63,112 nucleotides of DNA, filler included, from Lenisia limosa (GCA_001655205.1; 17 parts of 17 records of this genome joined end to end with filler, not necessarily neighbours in it), one strand, 5' to 3'; positions 34,386 to 48,299 are shown, counted from the whole stretch's first letter. Numbers and translations are program-made. Notes: generated by a model from the sequence alone, not told the origin.

Positions 34386-34962
34386 TTTTCATCTGTACAG
34401 TTTTGTAGATTTATGTTGTCTCTCTGAAGATGATAAAACACAAATGTTAATTTCCTTCTAATCCATAACTTCTTTGTTGAAAGATGTATAATAATTCTGC
34501 TGAATTACATTTCTCTCTGGGTTGCTCATCTGTCTTCCATGCCCTCATCAAGCAACATAAACAAACAATTGATTAACTTTTTTGAGACATATAGGCTTCT
34601 AACTTTAATCAGTATGGTATCAGAAAACTTGTATGTTCTGCACCTTATGATATTTTTATTTTTTGATACCTTTATCCACTTGACAGATATATTTCATCAC
34701 CGCTTTCTCATTTTCTTCATGCACATAGTGAATCAATTTTTTGTTGTTTGTTTGGTGATGTTCTTGCAATCTCTTTGAATACTCAGTCCTGAACCTCTGT
34801 TATTGCCCTTTCCCCCCTCTGTCGCTATTATTTTTCGAAATTTTCNNNNNNNNNNNNNNNNNNNNNNNNNNNNNNNNNNNNNNNNNNNNTTAATTAATTA
34901 ANNNNNNNNNNNNNNNNNNNNNNNNNNNNNNNNNNNNNNNNNNNNCCCCCCCCCCCCCCATC

Positions 34963-37900
34963 CAGTGATGACATGTTTCATTACCGGACCCGCGGTACCC
35001 ACAGGCATGACGCTTGCAATGACCAACGTGGTGTCGACAACTGACGGGAGTCAGGCTGACATCACCGTCACTGTGGGGGGTAGTGATATCATCGTGACTG
35101 TGGGGGGTAGTGATATCACCGTGACTGTGGGAGGAAGTGTACTTTGGATTTAATATATTTCTTCTCTGTGGGCAGTGTGTGGCGGGATGAAGTAGGAAAT
35201 GAGAATAAGGGAAGTTATTAGGGAGTTATCTTGCAAGCACCATGTAACCAATGTAGGGTACTTGTCCTCTCGGTTCATATCTCTCGTATTCCTCGAAGAC
35301 AGTCGTATGCAGCACTATCACGGGGTGGGAGGAGATCCCAGTCTGCCTCCCTGGTGAGTCTGGCTTGACAGCGAAATATGTCACACGGCCTAATTAATTG
35401 ATTACTCTGTTGCACTATGAGGGATTCTCTCTTGCAATCATATTTGTGTATACCCCGCCTCTGTGTCTATTTTAACAACTCGTGGATTGGTGTGAAACAA
35501 TATACAGGCCAGTGCATCTGCTTACTATCTAGTGACATGTGATAATACATCTTTCGGGTCTTCATTGACGTCTTCGAACTGCACCGAAGGTAAATGGGAA
35601 TTTTAATCATGCATGGTCCGGGTCCAACGCTTCACATCCGGTGTCATATACGCATTTGCAGAGCCCCTCGAGTTTCCCGTCATCCTATTCCACAGGCANN
35701 NNNNNNNNNNNNNNNNNNNNNNNNNNNNNNNNNNNNNNNNNNNNNNNNNNNNNNNNNNNNNNNNNNNNNNNNNNNNNNNNNNNNNNNNNGCTCAGAGTGG
35801 AAGCCCTTATGCAACCTGCAATGAGTCCGGCAGCTTTGTCACCGATTTTGTCTGCGGCTCATGTACGCGATGAGTTTTTTTGTAATGTTGTTTCCTGGTG
35901 CATTTATATGCAAATAGGCCAGCGATGGTTTATCTGACCATTGCAGACCATGGACGCACCTGCGGACTTGGTGCTGATTACGCTCTTGGGAAGGTGGGTA
36001 ATGGATGGAGGTTCTTTCAAATTTTGAAGAGTTTATTAGATCACTTTGTGCTCAGGCAAACAAGAAACTATTTAAGCTGGATCAATTAAAAGCCGAATTT
36101 CTCATATAGTGTGCTTAATGATAGTTACTTTTTGACTTAACAAATTCAGGCCAACAGTGCGGCAAACTCTCTTTATCCAAGCTTCTACAACATGGATACT
36201 GACTGGGGGGCGGTGAGACAGGTAGGTGTATCGAAAAGGAAATGGGAGACAGGTAGGTGTATTGAAAAGGAAATGGGAGAGTGGGTAAGTAATAAAAATA
36301 TAACGCTTTACGCTTATAGGTCGCAGTAGCCCACCACAGTATCTGCGTAGCCACAGAAGATAACCGTATTCTTTGTCAGGGACTAAACAACCATTATTCG
36401 GTAGGATCCAAAACTGGGAGCTGTGCGTAGCAGTTGTGTATTCTAGTTTCCTGTATTGTAATAGTACTGTTATTTGTCTTTGGCGGTAGCTCAGCTTGGG
36501 TCGTTACCAAGTTGAAGGGCTAATTGCATAGGTTGGGTCCGTGGCAGTGACACAAGTCACGCCAAACGAGGTGACCACATGGACGCCTATCGCCGCATCT
36601 CAGACCATTGTCCAGCTCGAAGGTGGCTGTTACTTCTTTGGAATCCGAACCAGTGGGACTTCTTGCCTTATTTGGACTGCTCTGTATTGTGTTTCAATTA
36701 TGGGGGCAGACAATTGATTGGCTAACATTGCAGGCCTTGGGGAAGCATATTTCTGGGGACAAGGAGCGTACTACCAAACAATGGTGGATAGCACTACCAA
36801 TAGCTTCGATCTCAAGAAGGTTGGTCCCAATCTAAAAAGATTCCAGTGCATTCACTTCCAGTTCATGCTGTCAAAGCAGAAAGGAATGTTATGTTTTCAT
36901 TATTACCAGGCCATGATCCCTGCCGGTCGCAAAGCAGTGGACCTTGTCATTGACACTCACTGCACGGTAATTCGACTTGGTTGGCATCTGGATTATCATA
37001 TCTGAATCTTTTGTCATTATTTACTATCATATTATTACACTATATTGCATTCTTTTTTGTTTTTGATCCCTTATTGTTTAGATGACAATACGCTTTTTGG
37101 AGGCGGGTTCAATTTGAACAAAATGCACTTATCGCCCATCAATGAAAATGCAAAGTACCACATACTTGAAAGTGTCCCAGTATGTCCGTTGCAATGTTTG
37201 GTCTAATTGACGTCAATGTAGAATGGCGAAAATTTGCTGGAGTTTGGCCTGTCATACAACACCTTGGTCTACGTTTCAAGTGAGTCTGTGATGTAACACG
37301 CAGGGGGGGGGGGGNNNNNNNNNNNNNNNNNNNNNNNNNNNNNNNNNNNNNNNNNNNNNNNNNNNNNNNNNNNNNNNNNNNNNNNNNNNNNNNNNNNNNN
37401 NNNNNNNNNNNNNCTCAATTATCCAGCTGCCAATAAGGTGTATGCCAGGACCAGTGATAGTGACGGTATCACTGCGTCTTGCCTGTCCGCTGCTGCCACG
37501 TCTTTCACCCAGGTGAGCTATACTTATGCTTCAGGACTCTGAAACATGCGCTTTAAACTTGCTGGGGGGGGGGGGNNNNNNNNNNNNNNNNNNNNNNNNN
37601 NNNNNNNNNNNNNNNNNNNNNNNNNNNNNNNNNNNNNNNNNNNNNNNNNNNNNNNNNNNNNNNNNNNNNNNNNNNNNNNNNNNNNNNNTCAGGTGAATGA
37701 TAATGGATCAGCAGATCTACAAGGTCATGCTCTGAGCGTTAAGTGTGCCCGGCACGCCTGTATATTCACAACCGGTGTGCTTTCAGGGATGACAGATTAT
37801 CATTGTTGCATAGATGCTGCTTAATATTCTAATCCGGTATTTCTAGATCAAGGCAAAGTATTGGGCTGCTCCACAACCGCCTTACCCGGAGCAACCGGTT

Positions 37901-38700
37901 CTCATGCTACACCAGTGGGAGTAAGAGTGCTCCGTTCCCCTCCATGTCCAGATCATTACAATTAGTACTTATCCTTCGACTGGAGATAAACGCTTCCCAT
38001 TTCCGTACATTTCTCCAAACAATGCAGTTGTTCCTCAACCCAATTGTATCTAATCCTGAACAGACGGACATTGCGGCTTCGCTCAATGCGAGTTGTGAAA
38101 GTGGCAAAGCTGTCAACAAGTACGGAGGAGGAGGGGGGTATGAATGAGGAATTTATGAAACAAAACAGCTCAGAATCAGGTGAAAACTTTTCTGTTTTTA
38201 TGTCCAATCATATATCATGAGTGAAAAAAAAATGGAGAGGGAGGGGGTCCCAAATATGATGTTCCCAATTTGATGGAACAAAAGGTAAATATATTTGGAC
38301 ATGGCGGTAAAACAAGTATTTGTTTAAATTTCCCAGCATTTGGAGAACAAGGTACGGCTTCTACTTTGGCGGTGAAGGTAAGAAAAAGCTCTATTGCTCC
38401 ATTTTGTGCATTTCCATTCTCGTCATTTGGTAACACCCTAGGCTGTCATGCGTCTAAGCTTTTCGGTTTCCAGCAATACGGAGCACAGGGGGCAGTGTGC
38501 CGCTCCTCCTACACTGCTGCAACGGTGGGCAAACCTCTCCTTTGACATAGGCCCTTTCCATGCAACAAAGAGAATGATCGCATGTGTTGCTCCAGAAATT
38601 CAAATTCGTAGGTTGTTGAAGTGATTGATGTGAGCCCCAACACGATCGTGTCAGCCCAGTCTTATTCTGATCATGTGGCCGTCCTGTCCAAGCAGTAGAC
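34963..38700 (+). CDS. Multi-exon protein with Cys-rich sushi-like modules and RCC1/BLIP-II-like repeats (partial)
   Basis: VVCSTITGW/EEIPVCLP and SPYATCNESGSF..FVCGSC (sushi-like); VAVAHHSICVATEDNRILCQGLNNH, GEAYFWGQGAYYQ, KVNIFGHGG (RCC1-like). Confidence 0.45.
35058..35138 (+). repeat. 3 x 27-bp tandem repeat TGATATCAYCGTGACTGTGGGGGGTAG
   Basis: Three units; reads (DITVTVGGS)x3 in frame if exonic. Confidence 0.9.
36215..36277 (+). repeat. 2 x 31-bp tandem duplication GAGACAGGTAGGTGTATYGAAAAGGAAATGG
   Basis: Direct inspection; intronic position. Confidence 0.9.
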
Positions 38701-39879
38701 TGTGTTATTGTAAACTAATATGTTTGTATGTATTGTATTATTTTATTCTTTTTCGCCCCCACCCAAATCTCAATGGGCATCATTTACTTCCTTTCAGTAA
38801 ATTCCGATATTCCGATTGACAGAGGGGGNNNNNNNNNNNNNNNNNNNNNNNNNNNNNNNNNNNNNNNNNNNNNNNNNNNNNNNNNNNNNNNNNNNNNNNN
38901 NNNNNNNNNNNNNNNNNNNNNNNNNNNNNNNNNNNNNNNNNNNNNNNNNNNNCGCCATCCATGCGCACACGCACCAAAAAACCCAATCGTTTTTCATCAT
39001 CATTCATTCATTAGTTGTACGTTGTTTTGTGGGGTGTGCAGTGTATACTACAAAATCATCCAATTGATATATTCGAGTATCAGTAAAGCTACTTGGAAGA
39101 AGAGCTATCTGATATTTGGTTCACCACTCCACCCCCCCCAACTCAAGCAACTCCTTGCTTCCCGCTCTCCTCCTCTCACAATGAGAGTGAAGGTGTTTTG
39201 GAGAGGCTACGATGAGTTTCTGGTGCTTTCGCTCGATGGTAAGGCAGTTTACATTGTCACTCTTCAGAGATCATGTTCCTGAGAAACCGTCACCGAATCG
39301 TTTGCGACTCCCTTGGCACTTTCCATGGACAATGTAGGATGGGTTTCTATTCCTAAAGATGTGGTTGACATGGAATATGATTTAGCTTCAATGTGCTCCA
39401 AGATTCACCCAAAGCTAATGCTCCAGTTCTCCCCCCTGGCATTAAAGCAGGCCCCCCTGCACGTCTCTTGCGTTACCACGTGCATTACCTCTTGAAAATA
39501 GGTTGGTGGTGCTGGATAATAAAGGTTGGTTCTCAGGAGGTTGTTAATGTCACTGTGGAAAGCAACTCAAATCGAATCTCCTTATCGTTTGTTTTAGACG
39601 CAATAGAGCTTTACGATGAGAGAAGTGTTGCATCTGAGCCTTCAGAAGAGGATCAACAGGTGATCTCAACGTCCTTTAACTGCAGGAAAAACATAATATC
39701 ACACAAGCAGAAAGAGGATCCTTTCTTTCTTTATGTGTTTCTTTGCAGTGATATTCATACACAACCCTTCGCGATACTTGTGTTATTCTTTTATTCTCTA
39801 GGTTGTAACAGCCGTGCACAACTTTGTTGCTGGTTTGGGGGAGGGTGATAGTATGCAGTTAGGTAAAAAAAATAGATCT

Positions 39880-41420
39880 TGCATGTGACCATTTAGGAGA
39901 GCTAGTGGACCTGAAACGATACCGACAGGCCCTGGACTCGCGAGTTGGAAGGAAGGATGAACTGGACTTCTTTATGGCGTCGAAGGCTGAGGAGGAGATC
40001 GAACTACCAGCGTTGCCCAGTGGGATGGGTTAATATAGATCTCAAAATACCTGATATGGATATGGATATAAAAGCCTGTTCTGTTAAACCATTTTTATTA
40101 TGAATGGCTCCCTTTCCTTCTTCACCACACACACCCTCCTCGAGCTATCTTCGCCAGTTCTTTTTAACGGGGCAGATGAGTCAAAGAACCAGTGGAAGAG
40201 GAGGCTGAGAAAATTCCGGAAGGAGAAGCAGAAAGCAGCTGAAATTGCGGCAGCTGAACAAAAGGTAGGCTTTTTCACCAACCGTTGCAGTTGTTTATTT
40301 ATCTTATACACTCTATTACAAAATGTTCTTTGCAGATAATGATCTTGATCTTTATGTACGGAACTCAGTTTTTAGCCAATCCGAAAAGCACGTTGTGCCA
40401 CATTTCATCTCACCCTTCAGGAGCTTGAAAAGATGGTCTTCTTCCGTCCCCGTGGGTTCTGCGGCCCTGAGCCAGGAGAGGAAGAAGAAGATATGGTGGA
40501 GAAAAGAGACCAGACAAGAGCATGGTTGGAAAATGCGCTCAAGTCATATGGGCTTCTTGGGTGGGATCGTATCATGCAGCGCTGTGCGTTACTGCTTTCC
40601 GAGTTCCTTTCTGATGTCAAGCCGGTTCTTGACAATATGGAGGCGGTCACAGCAATCATGGACCAATACCTTGACCGGCTTTATGGTTCAGCCATGCCCG
40701 ACCCATCTCAATTCATCCCTTCTCTCGACATAGCGCGAAAAGAGTTTGGCCTGCCATGTCGGGGCCCATATCCCCCACCAAGTGATATCAGGGACCAGTG
40801 GGAGCAGGAAGACCAAAAGATCGTGGAGGAATACATCAAGACCCGTGCTGAGAAGAGGGAGACGAAGAGGCAGTTGCAAGTTTCGCATATTTTAAACCCA
40901 GCCGTTTTAACCGGAAAGATGGCTGAAATCAAGGCCATGAACGCGGTACCTCTCCCCAAGAAACTCCGAGGGAAGGAGCAGGAAAGAGTATCGGCCCAAG
41001 ACCTTAAGAGGGCACCCGAAACGGAGTCTGGTCCAAAGAAGCGTCGACATTCAGATGAACAGGAAGGCTCTGACAAAGATGACAACGAAAATATCGTAGA
41101 AGAAGCCTCTGAGTCTATGGTATGTTTGATATGACGCTGTACAGTTGAGTCGGTATGTGACTTGTTTAGGAATGTGATAAGAAGAAGAAGAAGAAAAGGA
41201 ACCGCACACGGCGCTCGCGGCCGAAAGGCGTAATCGACTGTCCGGGCAGTGTTGCTGATGGCCCTCTATACACCAACCCCAATCTGTGAGGTGGCTGATT
41301 TACTTTGTACTGTTGCCTTATTGGCCAACCCTTGGCTGTGGGTATCCACCCTCACCTCCCTAGGTTCCAACATCTTCTGGACCTTATTCGGAAGAATGAG
41401 TCCTCCGAAGAAGATGAGGT
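39880..41420 (+). CDS. Hypothetical protein with charged/low-complexity segments (multi-exon)
   Basis: Long exon 40433-41118 (233-aa ORF ending at a GTATG donor) plus flanking exons; family not recognised. Confidence 0.45.
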
Positions 41421-42149
41421 GAGGATAGTAAACTAAACAGTGGGAAGTGTCATTTTACCTCTTGTTTTAACTAAGAAAGCGGTATGGCATTTCTTTTAAC
41501 AAATAATATAAATAACTGTCAAATAAGGTTTGATTTATCAAAACCATATAGACTGCTAAATATCAAGAATGGGTTTTATGGGAATCTCAGTATCAGCTGG
41601 AGAATATGTAGACTCATTTGACCCCCCCCCCCAGGAACCCCAGGCTGGCCAAACGAGTGTATGCGGAATGTTTGGAGAGAGAGACCCCCAAGTCATCGCC
41701 AGACAAATGACTCTCCGTAGGGATTGGCAATTCCGTTTTATAGTGGCATTGTGAATGCTTGTTTCTTCTTTGTAGCACTTCACCCTTTCCAGATGATAAG
41801 GCTTATCATCTCTACCTCAGACAGACGGCTAATGTTCCCGAGGTGCCTTATGTGGGTTCTTTATGACTGTGAACAATATACAATGAACTTCTTGAATGCA
41901 AGTCATCGCCAGACAAATTACTAATTGCATATTTTTTCTTGAATCATTGTGCTTCAAAGATATTCCTGCATTTCTGACCTTGTAGTACAAGTTTATGAAG
42001 CCAACCTCCCGGCAAATCGACTTTCTTACTTGGGTCAAGGAGAATCCCCATTACGTACGAGGAAAGGGCTATTTCAGTTCGAGAATCCTCAATGTACAAT
42101 TTCTCTATTTTGCTTTCCTCCGCCTTGTCGTTTTGCTGACATATTAGGA

Positions 42150-43095
42150 GCGCATCAAACAAGTCGTTTTTGAGGACTTTATGAATCGAGGCTTCTACCT
42201 CTCGTAAGAGGGTCAATGTTCTCACTTGTTCCATTTGAACAGACCTGGGGTTTTCGATGGAATAAATAATGCACCTTACCTTTTAGTGATGGACTGAAAT
42301 TCGGGTGTGACTTCCTTGTATATCCTGGTATGTTTTTGTTNNNNNNNNNNNNNNNNNNNNNNNNNNNNNNNNNNNNNNNNNNNNNNNNNNNNNNNNNNNN
42401 NNNNNNNNNNNNNNNNNNNNNNNNNNNNNNNNNNNNNNNNNNNNTATTAATTTACTATTCTGTTTGACACCTGCAGCGGACCCTGCACATATGCACGCGG
42501 CTGTTCTGATTCGTGTTGTGGAGGATTCTCTCAATGCGCGTTACAGAGACGCACATCCTGATGGTTGGCCTTTAGCAAACTTGTGGAGTAAACTGTGTTG
42601 AGACCGATAAATGATTCATAATCATAGCTAGATATTCTGGGAGTAAATATTGACGGTATCCAGGTGCACCCGCCTTGCCCCCGAAGCTTGAGCGGCAATA
42701 CTTCAAGGAGTACCCCGGAAGTCGAGTAGACGCGAAGGCAATGCTCTCTTTTGGTGAGATGGGTAACACCGCACTATACGGATTAACGAGCATTGTATTT
42801 TAGTTTCCACGCTTAATATCCCGGCATTTTAATTGAACCGTCTCTCTTTCCTCTTATCTTCCAGGTCGCCTGGCTCTCGGCGTTAGGAAGTTGGCTGTGT
42901 ATGCAAGATGGTCTGACTACCCCGATTCTGTCGATCCCTCGGCTTTACCACCCCCCATCCCGCTGGGTCCCAAGAAATGGGCTCCGGAGTACCCGGATCC
43001 ATTCGACTCTCAGCCGCAGGCCGTCGTGCCCCTCGAGGACACAACAAAAATGACGCGGGGCGAATTAGTGTACTACGCTTGCTTACAGAGAGGTC
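42150..43095 (+). CDS. TSEN34: tRNA-splicing endonuclease catalytic subunit, SEN34-like (core exons)
   Basis: Spliced: FEDFMNRGFYLS|DGLKFGCDFLVYP|ADPAHMHAAVLIRVVED...AKAMLSF|GRLALGVRKL; retains catalytic Tyr (LVYP), His (HMHA) and Lys (GRL...VRK). Confidence 0.8.
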
Positions 43096-43264
43096 TGGTG
43101 TGTTGCTTTCTTTTCAGTGCCTTATCAGTTGTGTGTCTACCTCTCCCCTCATATTGAGTTTGTACTTCCAATGAAAGAAAGGCATAATCTGAATAAGTAA
43201 GAATGTAGCAGTCCAAACATAGGGAAAGATAATTGTACTTTAGTTTCTCTCAAACTCCGCAGGA

Positions 43265-45660
43265 ATGACTGAAGGACAGGCATCTGCGTGGGCTCTCGTG
43301 CCACCAAAAAAGAGAGAAAAGCTTGGACAAAAGAAAATGCACATTGACCCTGTGCTAGGCAACAAGCTTATTGACATTCGTGAGCTCTTTGCCCGCATGT
43401 ACCGACAAAGCTACTTCTTCTCCGGTCAATGTCCACTCTGTGTCAAAACAGAGACGATCCATTTTGCTAAGCCGGCATATATGCACTCAGCACAGTGGAC
43501 TTGGAACTGCGACACTCAAAAACAGAAGTGAGGATGCCTGCTGGAAAATTACTTCAAATTGTATTTAGTTTTATTTTCACCTGAATAGGATCGAAAGCCT
43601 GTCCACTCATCCTGGGCAACTATTTTCAAGGTATTGGGAAGGCGTGTGGAAGATTCTTGAGCGCCTATACAAGTCATGTTTGGTGTTATTATGTGAATGT
43701 ATACCCTGCAAAACTTTACGATGTTTACTATTACGCCAGTTCCTAACCGTTATTATTGTTTCTCCTTTTTCTTCATACTCACCTTCGATTCAGCTCAAGT
43801 GTCTCCAAAGAAGATATGCTCTCTGCGTTCAACAAGATTGAAGCCATGGGGAACCCTACAGTTGAAGATATTCTGAACCTGTTCCCCCAAGACGACACAA
43901 TGGTGATGAGCGAGCCCTTTGATACTGGGTGCCTGTACAAATACATACTATTCTCTTATTTGATGCGATAGGTTACGAGGAGAGAGCAGCTTGAGAAAGA
44001 CGACCAACTCCCTAAGCCAGGTATCCCGCAACCCCCCGCTAAGAAGCTCTGCAAGCACATCCTTGGTAGGTGACATCTTCGGACGGATTTGTCTCATTTT
44101 TGGGTGTGTATTTTGTTTCTTTTTATTAGACTGACCTCCAGGCCACTGCCGCAATTTCTCTGAACTGTGGAAGATCAAGATCTGGCCTTCGATCGAAAAC
44201 GACGATCGTATCGTTAATGGAAAGGTGTGGTTTTGAGCCTATTTCCTCACAGCATTGGTGCTTTGTTCCATATCAGCCACTAAGCCTTTTCATTCATCAC
44301 AATTACAGGTTAATGCCCTCCATGCATGCCAACTCACGGGCTTCCCATGCGCCTTAGACATCCAGCCCCTTTTCAGTCCCGAAGAACTAGCCAAAATGGA
44401 GGACGACCAAAGGACAATTGAGGAAACAGGTGAGTCAACCTACCATAAATAGGACAACTTCTTGCCGAACTGTAATTGACATGAATGCTTTTGACACAGA
44501 AGTCTTTTCTCAATCAATCTTTCCCAGGCATGCCGTCAGACGCACTGCTGCACCCGCGTAATCACAGGGGCGACCTCTTACGTTTACCCGAACCAGATTA
44601 TGGATATGACTCGCTCGGATGGGACCCTTTACCACAGGTTAGATCTTGGCTTCTGTTGTTGAAGACTTGACATTTCCTCATGTTGTATTTCAACATCTGG
44701 CTTCGCTACAATTTTTTTATTTCTCAGATAATATTCATATTTTGCTTCTACAATTTAATCCCAACCCCATCTATCAAATAGTGACGACCTTCCCAGATAT
44801 CCCCTAGCAACCACCTCTGTCTTCCCTCGCGCCACGTTCCCGCCACTATGCCTGCATGCCCATGCTACCCTGTTCCGATGCTGCCGTCCACTGTAATTCC
44901 GTCTTCTGCGTTCCTTCTGCCTGGAGGGTGGGTTGACGCATATTGCTATTAAACTTCCTTCTAATATGAGCACGCTTTCTTTTCAAGTTAAAAAAAGGCG
45001 TTTGACACACACTCACTTTTGAAATTAATTAATTATCACCGAAATTTATCCCCTGTTAACAGTTTTAGTATTCCGTCCCCGCCATCCCTTCGGCCCTCCC
45101 GCCCTCCTCCCCTTGTTCGCCCACCCCTTGAAGCTGCCAAGAAGGGGCACAAGATAGCGGGCATGAAGGAAGATGCGTTCTCCATCACGGACAATAACAC
45201 GTATATGGTAAGTATTCCACTGACCGGCGCGCAACCCATCGACGCGCAACGCCAATCAGAATACATTGCCCATACGTGTGGCGGCCTGGCTCCAACAGAA
45301 CAGCGCTATGTCGAGAATCTACTTTCGCTTTATGAGAGCTTCGGTCAAGGACACCCACAGGTATGCCGCATTTCGTGTTGTCCTTCTTACAGCACTTGCA
45401 GCCAAGTAATGTTATCGATGAGAGAATCGCCTATTCTTCGTATCTCTGGACTGGAAGATTCCACCAACGATTGTCTAGATAGTTGGGGGGGGGGGGGGCT
45501 NNNNNNNNNNNNNNNNNNNNNNNNNNNNNNNNNNNNNNNNNNNNNNNNNNNNNNNNNNNNNNNNNNNNNNNNNNNNNNNNNNNAGGGAATTAAGTCAAAT
45601 GGTACTATTTCATTTTCAAATTTCAATGTATTTATGTCAGGAGCAACGGATTCACGATAT
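43265..45660 (+). CDS. Hypothetical multi-exon protein
   Basis: ATG 43265 MTEGQASAWALVPPKKREK...CPLC...; successive AG/GT-bounded exons; family not recognised. Confidence 0.4.
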
Positions 45661-45784
45661 TAATGGTACAAAATAATAGAAAGTTCATCCAGACGAGCTC
45701 AAATACAGAAAAGTGACCTCAGAAACAAGAGGTCCTTCAGATAAATAGGATCTGTGAGGCTTCTTAACAGTAATGGGATGAGAT

Positions 45785-46902
45785 TTAATTGAACTGTCCG
45801 TCATCTTTCTGCGGTGTCATTGGAGGAAGAGAAGTCGATGCTGGGGCTGCCGAGGTCGGGGCTACAAAGTTAAGAAAGCAAATGTTCTTATAATCAAATC
45901 AATAAACGCATTCACTCAACTTCATCTATTTGCAAGTATCATACCTGGAGCATTTTTAGCCTGAAGCTTCAAGGCCTTCTTTTTTATCTGACAACGTGAG
46001 CCATACATATATCTATATGTACATGTAATACATGTAATGTATGCATACAAAAGTCGTTGTGTCGCAGGCTTACTTTAATTGTTTTCTCAGAAATGGAATG
46101 CATGTCCTTCTTCAGAGCTTTGAGCTTCTTTTCATAATGTGGCAATTGGTGGAACTGTCCTGGGTTAAACCAGGCATAAAATATACAAATATCAAGACTT
46201 AAAATAACTCTGACATCGATATAATAGCCACTGCAGTGAGTATAGTACAAAGAAGACCGCTATTACCAATCCACCTTGCCCACCACATGCACCAAACGTG
46301 ACAGGTCAGGGTTGCGTGATAGGGAGTCGCGGACAGCTACTACCTTGGACAACGTTTCAGTTTGTGTTGATCTGGGGGAGGGGGGGGGGAGNNNNNNNNN
46401 NNNNNNNNNNNNNNNNNNNNNNNNNNNNNNNNNNNNNNNNNNNNNNNNNNNNNNNNNNNNNNNNNNNNNNNNNNNNNNNNNNNNNNNNNNNNNNNNNNNN
46501 NNNNNNNNNNNNNNNNNNNNNNNNNNNNNNNNNNNNNNNNNNNNNNNNNNNNNNNNNNNNNNNNNNNNNNGAGGGGGGAGGAGGATAAAGGATGGAATCG
46601 TGTACAATTAGAATATTTATATTTGCACGAAAAGGGGAAGGGACGGTAAAGCTTGAGCCAGCCCTTTTGTGATAATAGTACTGTATTATGAGGAACTATT
46701 AAAAAACACAAAAGGAGCAAGTTTAAGTGTTTCACGCAATGTGAAATGCTCACGAGAGATTCTCCAGCTTCCGCGAGACTGTGTTGAAGTGTTCCTCAAA
46801 TGACTGCTTGATGGACTTTTCCAAGAGTTCCCCGCCATCAACAAGCTCCTTACTCAGCTCAGTTACTGTTGGTTGTTGTGGGATGGAAGGTTGTTCAGAC
46901 AT
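45785..46902 (-). CDS. BLOC1S6: BLOC-1 subunit 6 (pallidin), apparently complete
   Basis: MSEQPSIPQQPTVTELSKELVDG...LENLS|RSTQTETL...|FHQLPHYEKKLKALKKDMHSISEKTIK|IKKKALKLQAK...DGQFN-TAA; the C-terminal half matches pallidin HY..KL..i.KeM..l.EKt.klKKrAlKLQ.K. Confidence 0.75.
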
Positions 46903-47279
46903 TGTATATTGCAAAACTGATGTTTTGAAAAATGCTTCTTTTCAAACTTTAATATTTTTATTATTTAAATTATGTTATAATATAACAGGACAATTCCACA
47001 TGAATCCCAAGGACCAACTTAAAAACTAAAATGGGAATGAAATGGGAAAAAAGAAAGCAAAAATGAAAATACTCGATATTATTTTTCGTAGATTTTCGAT
47101 TTTATCAAGATGATTTTTTTTTTGTTTATTACTTGTTTTTAATTCAGACTTCTATTGCTGTGCATTTATAGGAAAATATATTGATATTAACCAGTTAGAA
47201 TCATGTAATTATCATGGTTAGGTTAAAGTCCCTCCCTCAACAGGCAGTTAGCGGAGCCCCGCGCTCCTCTCTAACATAT

Positions 47280-47990
47280 ACAGCGTCGGAGTGTAAAGTA
47301 AAACTTCATAAGGCGGCGAAATGTGTATGTTGGGGGCTGGGTACATTTCCTCGTTTGAATCTTTGACCGTTCCCAGCCTGTCAAACCTCTTCCACCTCCA
47401 GTTGGGGTTCCTATTACTCCACAAGATGGTCCTGAGGCCCCGTCAATGGTATGTGTCCTCTCACGAGACGTTTTCCTCACCCATCTATAGTGGTTTGATG
47501 CCGACACTTATGCTTACCGGATCTTTCTTCACAAGCCTCATCATATTCACCCACTTTTCGCATTCACACAATTACCCAAACTTACGGACCTCCATTGTAA
47601 GTTGGGTGATAGGAGATCATAGAATATATTTTTGAACGCACTTCTTCTTTTGGGGCGTTTATTTGGAAAAAAAATACGGTGTATTGAACTGGTCCGTTGT
47701 TGTGTATTCGGATCCCCTTTTTCTTGTTCTTGTTGTTTTTGTTGTGTGTTTTTTTTTGTTTTGTTCCTCACTTTCAATTGAAAGGTTGATACCTATTTGC
47801 TTTCTCACACAATCAAAAACTGTTTATCCGAATCCGGTTTACTGACGAAACAGATGTTATCACCGAGGCTATCCTTGAACTATCTCCGCCAACTCCCTTC
47901 GAAGACATCTTCACATTCGTTGTCAACGTGGGTGTTGGACCTGCACACAGCAGTATTCTATCAGACAATCGCTGGTTGTCTTTCTTTTCT
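47280..47990 (+). CDS. Hypothetical protein (partial), divergent from BLOC1S6
   Basis: Exons QPVKPLPPPVGVPITPQDGPEAPSM, WFDADTYAYRIFLHKPHHIHPLFAFTQLPKL, DVITEAILELSPPTPFEDIFTFVVNVGVG. Confidence 0.35.
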
Positions 47991-48299
47991 TNNNNNNNNN
48001 NNNNNNNNNNNNNNNNNNNNNNNNNNNNNNNNNNNTTAATTAATTAANNNNNNNNNNNNNNNNNNNNNNNNNNNNNNNNNNNNNNNNNNNNATAACAACG
48101 ACATTCTCAGAGACCCCCTGTTACCCTGATAACAACGACATTCTCAGAGACGTATGCGAATGTAGGGGGATCTTCGGCCATCTGGAGGGTGAGGGGTCTG
48201 TGATATATATATAATCTTACAAAATCCTGCAGAAAACAACTAAACATTTGGGAGTATGGGAAAATCCCAGAACATCCCTACAACACCACAATTGCCCAG

